Assembly (NCBI GenBank): GCA_039715085.1
Contig: JBDLIB010000001.1
Coordinates: forward strand, 691 to 64,690
Reading direction: 5' to 3'
Length of the DNA stretch: 64,000 bases
DNA from: Bacteroidota bacterium
GTDB taxonomy: Bacteria > Bacteroidota > Bacteroidia > Flavobacteriales > Flavobacteriaceae
Shown piece after piece: positions 19,372-28,128 of this stretch. The notes beneath the pieces are model-generated. The model made no database searches. It saw nothing but the letters and a program-made list of their open reading frames with translations, and was not told the DNA's origin. Position 1 is the stretch's first letter. Each line of letters begins with the position of its first letter. The translations under genes were made by a program, and so were the position numbers.

Positions 19372-19661
19372 TAGACAACGATTCCAATTAAATAAGTAAA
19401 GATTCCAACTACAGCTCCGGCAATGAGAACGAAGACCAAAACACGGGTAATTCCTTTTTTCAGATCGGCATTTTCACCGAAGAAATGCCCGGCATTGAAT
19501 AGGAATCCAATAAGGAAGATAATACCTAATACAATTGGAAAAATGGATCGGATGGTACCGGCAATATCATCCACGGAAGCTTCGATGCCCCCGATTTGTG
19601 CAAAGGTGGAAATAGAAATAAATAAGAATAGCAGGAATAAATAGGTTGATTTTTTCATCAT
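19371..19661 (-). CDS. traE: TraE-like small membrane protein (DUF4134-like)
   Basis: 96 aa, signal peptide plus TM helices. First gene of the block. Confidence 0.6.
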   Translation of the reverse strand: MMKKSTYLFLLFLFISISTFAQIGGIEASVDDIAGTIRSIFPIVLGIIFLIGFLFNAGHFFGENADLKKGITRVLVFVLIAGAVVGIFTYLIGIVV

Positions 19662-19851
19662 AAAAAAGTTTAAGGTTTTTAAAAATTCAATATGATAAAA
19701 TTAGATTATATTAGTATTCAAAACACTGTATATCAATGAATTGTTGATAAAATAATTTTTGTATCATTTTGTATTTATCTGGTATCAAAATGGATTAAAA
19801 TTCATTTAAATCAGCTTATTTTTTCTTGATGTTCCAAAATAAAAATTCAAA

Positions 19852-20499
19852 ATGAAGCTTAAAAAAATCTTATTTCTGCTTATTCTTATGAAAATATGTT
19901 TGGGTTTTGCTCAAATTGATCAGAGTAAAATAAGAATTGTGATCGATCCCGGTCATGGCGGATTGGATCCGGGTGCAATTGGAATCAACAGGGGTCTTGA
20001 AAAAAATATCGTATTGGATGTTGCTAAAGAAATTGTAAAGCTTAATAAATCTATACTGGATGATAAGTTTGATATTTATCTTACTCGTTATGGGGATACT
20101 TTTGTTTCCCTTTCTGATAGAAGTGAATTGGCCGTTGTTCTAAAGGCTGATCTGTTTGTCTCGTTACATTGCAATGCTTCTAAAAACTATTCTCAGGGAA
20201 TGGAAATTTATGTTTATTCCGGCACCGGTAATAAAGAAAAGATTAAACAATCTATTTCCTTAGGTTTTGAAGTTATTTTTGAAAGTAACAGGAATCTTGG
20301 TATCAAAAATCGGGGAGTAAAGTTTGCTAATTTTCAGGTACTTCGTGAAACAATTAATTACTGTCCGAGTATTCTAATTGAAACCGGGTTTATTTCAGAT
20401 AAAGATGAATCTGGTTATTTATCTGAAGACTCTAATGTTAGGGCAGTTGCTTTAGTGATTCTTTTATCTATTAAAAATTCTTACATTGAAATATTATGA
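19852..20499 (+). CDS. N-acetylmuramoyl-L-alanine amidase (Amidase_3)
   Basis: IVIDPGHGGLDPGAIG and LFVSLHCNA motifs, with a signal peptide. Confidence 0.8.
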   Translation: MKLKKILFLLILMKICLGFAQIDQSKIRIVIDPGHGGLDPGAIGINRGLEKNIVLDVAKEIVKLNKSILDDKFDIYLTRYGDTFVSLSDRSELAVVLKADLFVSLHCNASKNYSQGMEIYVYSGTGNKEKIKQSISLGFEVIFESNRNLGIKNRGVKFANFQVLRETINYCPSILIETGFISDKDESGYLSEDSNVRAVALVILLSIKNSYIEIL

Positions 20500-20535
20500 T
20501 TGTAATATATGTGAGATTTTTTGTTAATGAGATAA

Positions 20536-20775
20536 TTAATTATATAACTTATCTACATCAATAGCATGATAGCCACTTTCATTATCTATGCGATGTTCTA
20601 TCCTACAGAGATCATTGCCTTCTTTATCTTTATATAAGTCAGTAATTACAGTACAGGTAAAATTTCTTTTGTTATCTGTTACACCAATATTGAAGCTGCG
20701 ACGTTCATTCACTTTTTTTATTTCACCTTTGTTAGCTTTTCCCTCTAAAAACGTAACTAATTCCTTTGTTTCCAT
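20536..20775 (-). CDS. hypothetical small protein
   Basis: 79-aa ORF with no recognisable domain. Confidence 0.3.
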   Translation of the reverse strand: METKELVTFLEGKANKGEIKKVNERRSFNIGVTDNKRNFTCTVITDLYKDKEGNDLCRIEHRIDNESGYHAIDVDKLYN

Positions 20776-20916
20776 ATTATTCTAATACTTTTATTTAAAG
20801 ATACAAAAATTAATTTCTATAATTAATATTTGTTTATAAGTAGATTATTTTGTTGATAAAAAATATCACATATGATGATATAATAAAAATGTTAAAATTA
20901 TATTTGTAACTGAAAA

Positions 20917-20928
20917 ACAAATATTTGT
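20917..20928. promoter_or_regulatory. perfect 12-bp palindrome ACAAATATTTGT abutting the repressor start codon (candidate operator)
   Basis: Self-complementary 12-mer at 20917-20928. A half-site-like TATTTGT also occurs at 20901-20907. The ATG of the XRE-S24 gene is at 20930. Confidence 0.4.
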
Positions 20929-20929
20929 A

Positions 20930-21529
20930 ATGAATCGAATTAAAGAAATATTAGAGCTTAGAGGGGTAAAACAAACTTGGTTAGCTGAAAAGCTAAACAA
21001 GAGTTATAACATGGTAAATTCGTATGTTCAAAACCGAAGACAACCAAGCATTGAAATTCTTTACGAAATCGCAGTTTTATTACAAGTTGAAGTAAGAGAA
21101 TTACTAGATACTAATCAATCAATAATTAAAGAAAATAATACTAACGATACTGTAGAAATTCCATTAATTGGCTCTGTTTCTTGTGGACTACCAATTTTTG
21201 CAGAAGAAAATATTGAAGCTAAAATACCTGTATCAACAAAATTAATTAGAAAATCTAGTGATTACTTTCTTTTAAGAGCTTCTGGAGATTCAATGGATAA
21301 AAAAGGTATCAATAGTGGAAATTTACTTTTGATAAAACAACAGAATGTTGCTGAAAATGGAGATATAGTACTTGCACTAATAGATGATGATGCAACTGTA
21401 AAAGAGTTTATAAATAATACAGATACTATTGTTCTAAAACCCCATTCTACTAATCCAAAACATCAACCAATAATACTTACTTCCGACTTTAGAATTCAAG
21501 GTATTATTAAAACCGTAATAAAATTATAA
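20930..21529 (+). CDS. XRE-family HTH fused to an S24 (LexA/CI-like) self-cleaving peptidase domain
   Basis: N-terminal HTH (KQTWLAEKLNKSYNMVNSYVQNRRQPS). C-terminal LRASGDSMDKKGINSGNLLLIK...DIVLALIDDDATVKEF, giving an S24 Ser/Lys dyad context. Confidence 0.8.
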   Translation: MNRIKEILELRGVKQTWLAEKLNKSYNMVNSYVQNRRQPSIEILYEIAVLLQVEVRELLDTNQSIIKENNTNDTVEIPLIGSVSCGLPIFAEENIEAKIPVSTKLIRKSSDYFLLRASGDSMDKKGINSGNLLLIKQQNVAENGDIVLALIDDDATVKEFINNTDTIVLKPHSTNPKHQPIILTSDFRIQGIIKTVIKL

Positions 21530-21540
21530 ATTTAATATAA

Positions 21541-22551
21541 ATGGCTACAAATAAAAACGAACATCTTCAAAAAGTACTTGATACCCACGATATAAACAAA
21601 GTAGAAAATCTGGATAAGTTTATTGCAAAGAAAAATGCGGTAAAGAATGCTTTAAATGACAAATTTTCTGACACCAAGGCATCTAACTCTATAGATTCTG
21701 GATCATATGCAAAGCATACAGCTATAAATACAAAGTTTGATATAGATTGTTGTATTCCTTTTAAAAAGAAAGAGGAAGAAGAAGATAAAGGTTATAGTAA
21801 TCTTAAGGATATGTTTGAAGACGTATATAAGTATTTAAAAAATGAATATACAGAGAATGACGATGAAATATCAAAAGATGATGTTAGAAAACAGAAAGTA
21901 TCTGTCGGTATGAAATTTAATATTGATGGAGAAGAATTTGATATGGATGTAGTTCCTGGACGAGAAAGACCCCATAACAATAATTATAAAACTAATAACA
22001 CAGATTTAAGTTTATATATTCACCCTCCGAATCGTTCAAAAAAAGAGGTTGATGATAATAAAACTCGAATTAAAACAAATATTAAGAAACACGTTGATTT
22101 GTTAGGTGGTTCAGAAAGAACTCACGAACGTAAAATATCCAAACTGCTTAAGGTTTGGAAAACAGAAAGAAAGAATCAAAATGGCGGTAAATTGATAAAG
22201 TCTTTTATGATGGAATTATATACTAAAGAATCTTTTGATCAAGCAATTGAAATACCAAATGGGTTATGGGAAAAAGTGAAAATGGTAATGAATCATATTA
22301 TTGATAACATAACCGAAAATGATTTAGTAGACCCTGTCAATTCTAGCAATATAGTGTCAGATTCAATGAGTGATACTGCTAAATCTGACACTAAACGTGA
22401 TATGAAAAAGACAATAAAAGAGGTAGATGAAGATTCTGATAAGATAAAAGAATATTTCCCTATAAATGAAGATTATGATAATGATGAAGATGATGATTCA
22501 AGTTCTAAAGCATCTTCAGTATCAATTTTAAGCACAAGTAAGTTTGGATAA
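21541..22551 (+). CDS. CD-NTase (cGAS/DncV-like nucleotidyltransferase, SMODS-type) with an acidic tail ending in Gly
   Basis: GSYAKHTAINTKFDIDCCI (GS...DxD) and third acidic residue in FDMDVVPG. OAS-like helix LLKVWK...KSFMMELY. C-terminus ...DDDSSSKASSVSILSTSKFG. Confidence 0.8.
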   Translation: MATNKNEHLQKVLDTHDINKVENLDKFIAKKNAVKNALNDKFSDTKASNSIDSGSYAKHTAINTKFDIDCCIPFKKKEEEEDKGYSNLKDMFEDVYKYLKNEYTENDDEISKDDVRKQKVSVGMKFNIDGEEFDMDVVPGRERPHNNNYKTNNTDLSLYIHPPNRSKKEVDDNKTRIKTNIKKHVDLLGGSERTHERKISKLLKVWKTERKNQNGGKLIKSFMMELYTKESFDQAIEIPNGLWEKVKMVMNHIIDNITENDLVDPVNSSNIVSDSMSDTAKSDTKRDMKKTIKEVDEDSDKIKEYFPINEDYDNDEDDDSSSKASSVSILSTSKFG

Positions 22552-24694
22552 TACAAAAGAAAAGAATAAAATTATAAAAAGAATAAATGGATTAATTAAA
22601 AAAGATAAAGATGTAGAAATTGTTGAAAAATTCGAAAAAAAGGATAATCATTTTTCTGGAAAAATTAAAGTAAATCATTTAAATGAAAATCTACTTTTTG
22701 ATATACATATACCACATCATTACCCATTAACTCATCCAAATTCAGATAATATTTCCATAATCTTTAGGAATAAAGATTACATTGGATTGAATCATATTAA
22801 TTTAGACGGTTCAGTGTGTTTTCATCCAGATAAGGGAGATGATTTTGATAGAAAACTTCTTTATGAATTAAAATGTCTTAAACAATGGATTAGGGATTAT
22901 TACATTTTTAATAAGGAGGATGACAATTACGACTATTTAGTTCATACTAGTGAAAGAGGCAGGATAGATAAACTATATTTTACAAATACGGAGAACAACT
23001 TCGCCAAAAATTCTTTTGGAATATTTAATTATTCCATTTTTTCTGACGAGAAATATGGTGACTCCAAATTACCAATCAAAAAAATGTTTAGGTTGGGTTT
23101 TAATAATGGAGAAACGGATAATTGGTCGAAAACTTTTACCGACGAATTAAAAAGCAAAACTTGTAAAAAAGGTCTTTATTATTTCATTGAAGAAGAACCA
23201 ATTCGTAAAAAGTTAAAAGGAAGAAAAAGTATCGAAACATGGAATGAGGTTAAAGGTTTTCTGTCTGATGAATTCATTGAGTATTTATATCGAGGATTAA
23301 AGCGAGGATTTAGCAAAGGTTTTTATAATGAAAACTACCTATTCTTGTTAATTGGTTATAAAATCCCAAACGACGAAAGTTATGAGGAGCATTGGGATTT
23401 AATTAGAATATCTAAAAGAAACCTACCTATTGATTACAAAAGGATTCCTAAAAAGGAACAAGTCGATTCAAAAAAAAGTTTCGAGTATATTCTTAAAAAA
23501 AATAAAATTAATTGGGGAAATACAGAGAATATAGATTATTCTCGCTTTTTTGGAAGAGGAAAACTGGATAAAAAAATTACTGAATCAAAAATTCTGATAA
23601 TTGGGTGTGGAGCTTTAGGGAGTTCATTAGCAGAGATTTTAGTAAGAGGAGGAGCAAAGAACATTATTCTTGAAGATTTTGATAATATAAGAGGTGGTAA
23701 TCTCTGTAGGGCGAATTATGATCTTGAGGATATGATTTTCTTTAAAACTGATAGCTTAATAAAAAGACTAAAATCAATTTCTCCATTTGTTAATTTGGAT
23801 GCAATTTCTGTTAAATTGAATAATTATGATTTAAAAATTGTTGGAGAATATTTTGATAAAAATATTGATATAATTTTTGATTGTTCAACAGATAATGAAG
23901 TAACTTATATTATTGATAAATTAAATTTTACGGGAGAAACTTTTAGTTTGGCTATAACAAACAATGCAAAATCATTTGTCTCATTAACTGGCAAATATTT
24001 AACCAAACAAGCAAATACCATTTTTGAATATATAGAAAATGAACCTCCAACTTATTTTGAAGGTACCGGTTGTGGTTATCCAACTTTTGAAGCAAATTTC
24101 AACGATATCAATGCCTTACTTAATATTGGTTTAAAGATTATTAATGATAATTTTTCAAAAGATAAAGTAAATGAATCTTTTATAATAACACCAGATTTTG
24201 AAGATCAATTCAGAATAGATATTGAAGAATATGAATATTATTATTGTGATTATAATAAAAGTTCAATACACATTTCGAAAAGTGTTTTAAGCGAAATAGA
24301 AGAAATTACAAATGTTCATTATCCGAAAGAATTTGGAGGTGTTTTTGTCGGTTTTAAATCAGAAGTAGGTTTTATTATAACAAATATTCTTGTGCCAGAT
24401 GAATATAAAAATGGAAGAACAATTTTTGTTAGACATCCAGGAGCGTTAAATGAAAGGTTAAGAGAAATACATGATATAACAAATGGTAAAATTCAATATT
24501 TAGGAGAATGGCATTCTCACCCTGATGGTCCAACAACCCCTAGTAATACTGATATCAATGCTATGAAAGATATAGCAAAAGACAAAAAAGTTAATGTAGA
24601 TAAACCATTATTAATGATTGCAGAAGTTGGACAAATACCTTTTGACAAAGACCTCTATATATATTCAAATAAAAAATTAAGAAAATATGAGTAA
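22544..24694 (+). CDS. E2-E1-JAB triple-domain protein (Cap2-like fused to Cap3-like)
   Basis: E2-like HINLDGSVCFHPD. E1/ThiF Rossmann ILIIGCGALGSSLAEILVRGGAKNIILEDFD. JAMM motif EWHSHPDGPTTPSNTD preceded by PKEFGGVFVG. Confidence 0.8.
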   Translation: MDNTKEKNKIIKRINGLIKKDKDVEIVEKFEKKDNHFSGKIKVNHLNENLLFDIHIPHHYPLTHPNSDNISIIFRNKDYIGLNHINLDGSVCFHPDKGDDFDRKLLYELKCLKQWIRDYYIFNKEDDNYDYLVHTSERGRIDKLYFTNTENNFAKNSFGIFNYSIFSDEKYGDSKLPIKKMFRLGFNNGETDNWSKTFTDELKSKTCKKGLYYFIEEEPIRKKLKGRKSIETWNEVKGFLSDEFIEYLYRGLKRGFSKGFYNENYLFLLIGYKIPNDESYEEHWDLIRISKRNLPIDYKRIPKKEQVDSKKSFEYILKKNKINWGNTENIDYSRFFGRGKLDKKITESKILIIGCGALGSSLAEILVRGGAKNIILEDFDNIRGGNLCRANYDLEDMIFFKTDSLIKRLKSISPFVNLDAISVKLNNYDLKIVGEYFDKNIDIIFDCSTDNEVTYIIDKLNFTGETFSLAITNNAKSFVSLTGKYLTKQANTIFEYIENEPPTYFEGTGCGYPTFEANFNDINALLNIGLKIINDNFSKDKVNESFIITPDFEDQFRIDIEEYEYYYCDYNKSSIHISKSVLSEIEEITNVHYPKEFGGVFVGFKSEVGFIITNILVPDEYKNGRTIFVRHPGALNERLREIHDITNGKIQYLGEWHSHPDGPTTPSNTDINAMKDIAKDKKVNVDKPLLMIAEVGQIPFDKDLYIYSNKKLRKYE

Positions 24695-25514
24695 AAAAGT
24701 TGATTTAAAAGGTCTATTTAATGGCATGCAATCTCAAATGATTTCAGAAATGAAAACGAATAGAGACCATATCGAGCATTCTACAACAAAAGGTGATGCT
24801 TTTGAGGATATTTGGATTGATTATTTAAGGACATATTTACCAAACAGATATTGCGTTGATAAGGCGATTATTATAGATTCTAAAGGAAACAAAAGCCAAC
24901 AAATAGATTTAGTAATTTATGATCAAACTTATACACCTTTCGTCTTTATTCAAAAAAACACAAAATATATTCCAGCAGAGGGAGTTTATGCTGTTTTTGA
25001 AGTCAAACCAGAACTAAATAAAAAGTATATACTTTATTCAGGTGAAAAAGTTGAAAGTGTTAGAAAACTATATAGAACATCAGCAAGTATAATTGATAGA
25101 GGACAAAAGAAAGATCCAATTAGTCTTACAAAAATATTAGGAGGAGTTTTGTCTTTTGAATCCAAATTAAAAAAAGATGAAACGATTGAAGGTCATGTTA
25201 AATCATTAAAAGGGCTGAAATCTATTGATATTGGATGTGCTGTGAATTACAAAAGCTTTTATGTTGATTATGATAAAGATGATAGTATTTTAAAGAATAA
25301 GGCAGATACAGCAGAAATATATAACAAACAGTTTTTGGCCTTTTATAAAGATAGGAAATTTGATTCTATAGAGTTTAGTTTTAAGTATAACTCTTTAGTT
25401 ACATTTTTCCTGCAATTATCAAGATATTTACAACAAAGTATTGGAACAGTTGCAGCGATAGATTTGGGAGCTTATGCTGAAGCAATAAATTTTGATATTG
25501 ATGAAGAGATATGA
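24687..25514 (+). CDS. nucC: NucC-like restriction-endonuclease-fold effector nuclease
   Basis: KGDAFEDIWIDYLRTYLPNRY, QQIDLVIYD then exactly 30 residues to EVK (ID-x30-ExK), VESVRKLYRTS, ILGGVLSFES. By my recollection this is colinear with NucC. Confidence 0.75.
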   Translation: MSKKVDLKGLFNGMQSQMISEMKTNRDHIEHSTTKGDAFEDIWIDYLRTYLPNRYCVDKAIIIDSKGNKSQQIDLVIYDQTYTPFVFIQKNTKYIPAEGVYAVFEVKPELNKKYILYSGEKVESVRKLYRTSASIIDRGQKKDPISLTKILGGVLSFESKLKKDETIEGHVKSLKGLKSIDIGCAVNYKSFYVDYDKDDSILKNKADTAEIYNKQFLAFYKDRKFDSIEFSFKYNSLVTFFLQLSRYLQQSIGTVAAIDLGAYAEAINFDIDEEI

Positions 25515-26050
25515 TGGAAAATAATTATTGGATATTTGGGTATGGTTCTATTATTTGGGATAATAATGACATTAAGCCTGTTAAATCAATTGATTCAAAG
25601 CTAGTTGGAGCACATAGAAGTTTCAATAAGAAATCTACTTTGAATAGAGGAACTAAAAAGTTTCCTGGCTTGGCTTTAGGACTCGAATATGGTGGAGAAT
25701 GTCATGGAAAAGCATTTCTTATTAACCAAGAATCCTTTGAAGTGCTTAAAAAGAGGGAAGGAGGTTACAAAGAAATTAAGACTCCTAATAGAGATATTGA
25801 AATTTTAGATTCCCAAGGAAATATAATTGAAGATTGTATTGTTTTTTTTCCAAATTCTACAGGTAAAAATTATCTCCCTCCAAACACTAGTTTAAAAGAA
25901 AAAGCAAATATTATAATAGTTGGAAAAGAAGGCACAAAGAGTAATGCTAAAGATTATTTGAAACAAATCAAAAATTTCCTAAATGAATATGGAATTGAAG
26001 ATAATGAGGTTGAGGGTTTATATAAACTAGTATTTAAAAATATTTTGTAA
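25511..26050 (+). CDS. ChaC-like gamma-glutamylcyclotransferase family protein
   Basis: WIFGYGSIIW, HRSFNKKSTLNRGT, PGLALGLEYGGECHGKAF, LKKREGGY. This is the ChaC/GGCT signature order. Confidence 0.75.
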   Translation: MMENNYWIFGYGSIIWDNNDIKPVKSIDSKLVGAHRSFNKKSTLNRGTKKFPGLALGLEYGGECHGKAFLINQESFEVLKKREGGYKEIKTPNRDIEILDSQGNIIEDCIVFFPNSTGKNYLPPNTSLKEKANIIIVGKEGTKSNAKDYLKQIKNFLNEYGIEDNEVEGLYKLVFKNIL

Positions 26051-26052
26051 AG

Positions 26053-27126
26053 ATGAAAAGGAAATCCATTAAGTATGGTAAGAATGGATTGCTGATTTTT
26101 GGATTTAGTAATGCTTTTATAAATGCAGTTCAACAATTGAATTCTATCAAAGAAAATCCTGAGCAAAAATTTGATTGGACACGATTAATAAAAGCTGGAG
26201 GTAAAGGCGCTCTAATTGGAGGAATAGGAGGAGCGTTTGTTGGTGAACTTGCAGATATAGAGAATTCTAAAGAAAAGCCTCTTAACACAAGTTCTATATT
26301 GTTAAAAGTTGTTTCTAATGTCAGACTTAACAAAAAGAATCCTAAGTATCTGATAATGTCTAATAAAGGTAGTAGAATATCACGATTAATACAAACAAAT
26401 TTTAAATCCAAATTGAGTGGATCTCCAATTAAAATTGGTTCTACAGAAGATGGCACTTCCTTATCCGATGAATTTGATATAGATATTACAGTTGCGTTTA
26501 ACTCTAACAGTTATAATTCTACGAACGAGATGTTTGACACTATGTATAAGTTTTTAGATATAAACTATACGGATTATGATTTAATTAAAATTAGAAAACA
26601 GAAAAAATCAATTGGTATTTTATATGAAATTGAGGGAGATGATTACAAGATTGATATTGTCCCTTATAAAATAAGTAAAAATATAAGGAATAAAACTCAA
26701 GGTTACTTATTTGTAAATAATAATTCCCTTTTTAAAAATGATAGTTATACAAAAACAGATATAACTAGTCTCAAGGGTATTAGTTTGAATAACAGTCAAC
26801 AGAAATTATTAATTGCTTTTAAGAATTGGAAAAAAGAATATTCAATACCAATTAGTTCACATTTGCTAAAAATGTTCATTATTGATGCCTATGATTTTAA
26901 TAGAGGTTTTATTCCAAGAGATTTTACAAATAAAATAATAATGATAGTCAAATATATTAAAGATAACATTTTGACAAGGCGAATTGTTAGTGTGGAGAAT
27001 ACCAATAATATTCTGACCAATTTTGATGATTCTGACAAATTATTAATAGAAAAAGAGTGTTCAATGGTTTTATGTGATTTTGATTATCAACCTAATTCAA
27101 TTTTAAAATATTTTAGTGTCCAATAA
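26053..27126 (+). CDS. second nucleotidyltransferase (SMODS/CD-NTase-like) with an N-terminal glycine-zipper segment
   Basis: GGKGALIGGIGGAFVG glycine zipper. GSTEDGTSLSDEFDIDITVAF (GS...DxD) and KIDIVPYK. LLIAFKNWKK...SSHLLKMFIIDAY helix pair. Confidence 0.65.
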   Translation: MKRKSIKYGKNGLLIFGFSNAFINAVQQLNSIKENPEQKFDWTRLIKAGGKGALIGGIGGAFVGELADIENSKEKPLNTSSILLKVVSNVRLNKKNPKYLIMSNKGSRISRLIQTNFKSKLSGSPIKIGSTEDGTSLSDEFDIDITVAFNSNSYNSTNEMFDTMYKFLDINYTDYDLIKIRKQKKSIGILYEIEGDDYKIDIVPYKISKNIRNKTQGYLFVNNNSLFKNDSYTKTDITSLKGISLNNSQQKLLIAFKNWKKEYSIPISSHLLKMFIIDAYDFNRGFIPRDFTNKIIMIVKYIKDNILTRRIVSVENTNNILTNFDDSDKLLIEKECSMVLCDFDYQPNSILKYFSVQ

Positions 27127-27471
27127 AGGTACCCTAAATATTATGTAAATAGAATCTCGATGTTAAACTTGGTCTCATAGAATTTTGGTCAAAATAATAG
27201 GAGAAATAAGCGTTTATATTTTCGGTGTTTAATAATATAGTTTCTAAAGAGTTCTATTTAAAATAATATTAAAGAGTTAAATTTATTCTTGATAATTTAG
27301 TTTAATAGTAATCTTAAGAAGATAGATTGCTTACTTAAACATAATGTAACGAGATATCAATTATTCCAAAAAGAAAAGAGAAAACGAAGTTAAGCACTGT
27401 CGTGCTTGGTATTCTTGCTTTCTCTTTTCTTTTTTTCTCGTTTTTTCATTTCTCTTTTGAAAAATAATGGA

Positions 27472-28128
27472 TTAAAGGCGTTTGTCTTTTGTGTCCTTGC
27501 TAAAGGAGATCAAATTGAACATTTCTTTCATTCTTGAACGTACACGGTTTCCGTAATAACTTTCCAATTCTTCCGCATTTAGATTGGTTGTTGCATGGGT
27601 TATGACTCTTTTTGTGATAAACAGATCATACCGGCTTAACAGGATCTCTCCAATAACATTGCAATCATTTCCGTAACGTTTCAGGTTCTTTTCCAACCCA
27701 AGGTCGTCAAAACAAAAGGTTTTTGTACTACTGTAATCTGTTATTACCCCGTGTCCATCCTTAATAAATTCAAAAGAGATGATCCTGGTTGACTTTATAT
27801 CATAATTATATTTCCTGATAGAGATATACCTGACTAAATTCATCAAGGTGGTTTTTCCGGAACCGACAGGCCCGGAAAGTAAGACTCCCCTGTTGAGATC
27901 TATCTTATGTTTTTTGCTGTTCTTTTTATCCCTGACGATATAGACCAACAGTTTGAAAATTACATGATGATCCTTTCTGTGGATTTTGAATTTACTTCCG
28001 TAAATGTACTTTCCTTTCGTTTCTAAAAACCGGATCATCTGGTTAAAATTATAATCAATCTTATTTCCGGAAATATTCCCTATGGTAAATTCTTCTCCCT
28101 GGTGGTTTATTTTATAAGGGGATGTCAT
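27472..28128 (-). CDS. DnaC/IstB-like AAA ATPase of the mobile element
   Basis: Walker A LLSGPVGSGKTTL, Walker B CFDDLG. Overlaps the upstream gene. Confidence 0.6.
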   Translation of the reverse strand: MTSPYKINHQGEEFTIGNISGNKIDYNFNQMIRFLETKGKYIYGSKFKIHRKDHHVIFKLLVYIVRDKKNSKKHKIDLNRGVLLSGPVGSGKTTLMNLVRYISIRKYNYDIKSTRIISFEFIKDGHGVITDYSSTKTFCFDDLGLEKNLKRYGNDCNVIGEILLSRYDLFITKRVITHATTNLNAEELESYYGNRVRSRMKEMFNLISFSKDTKDKRL

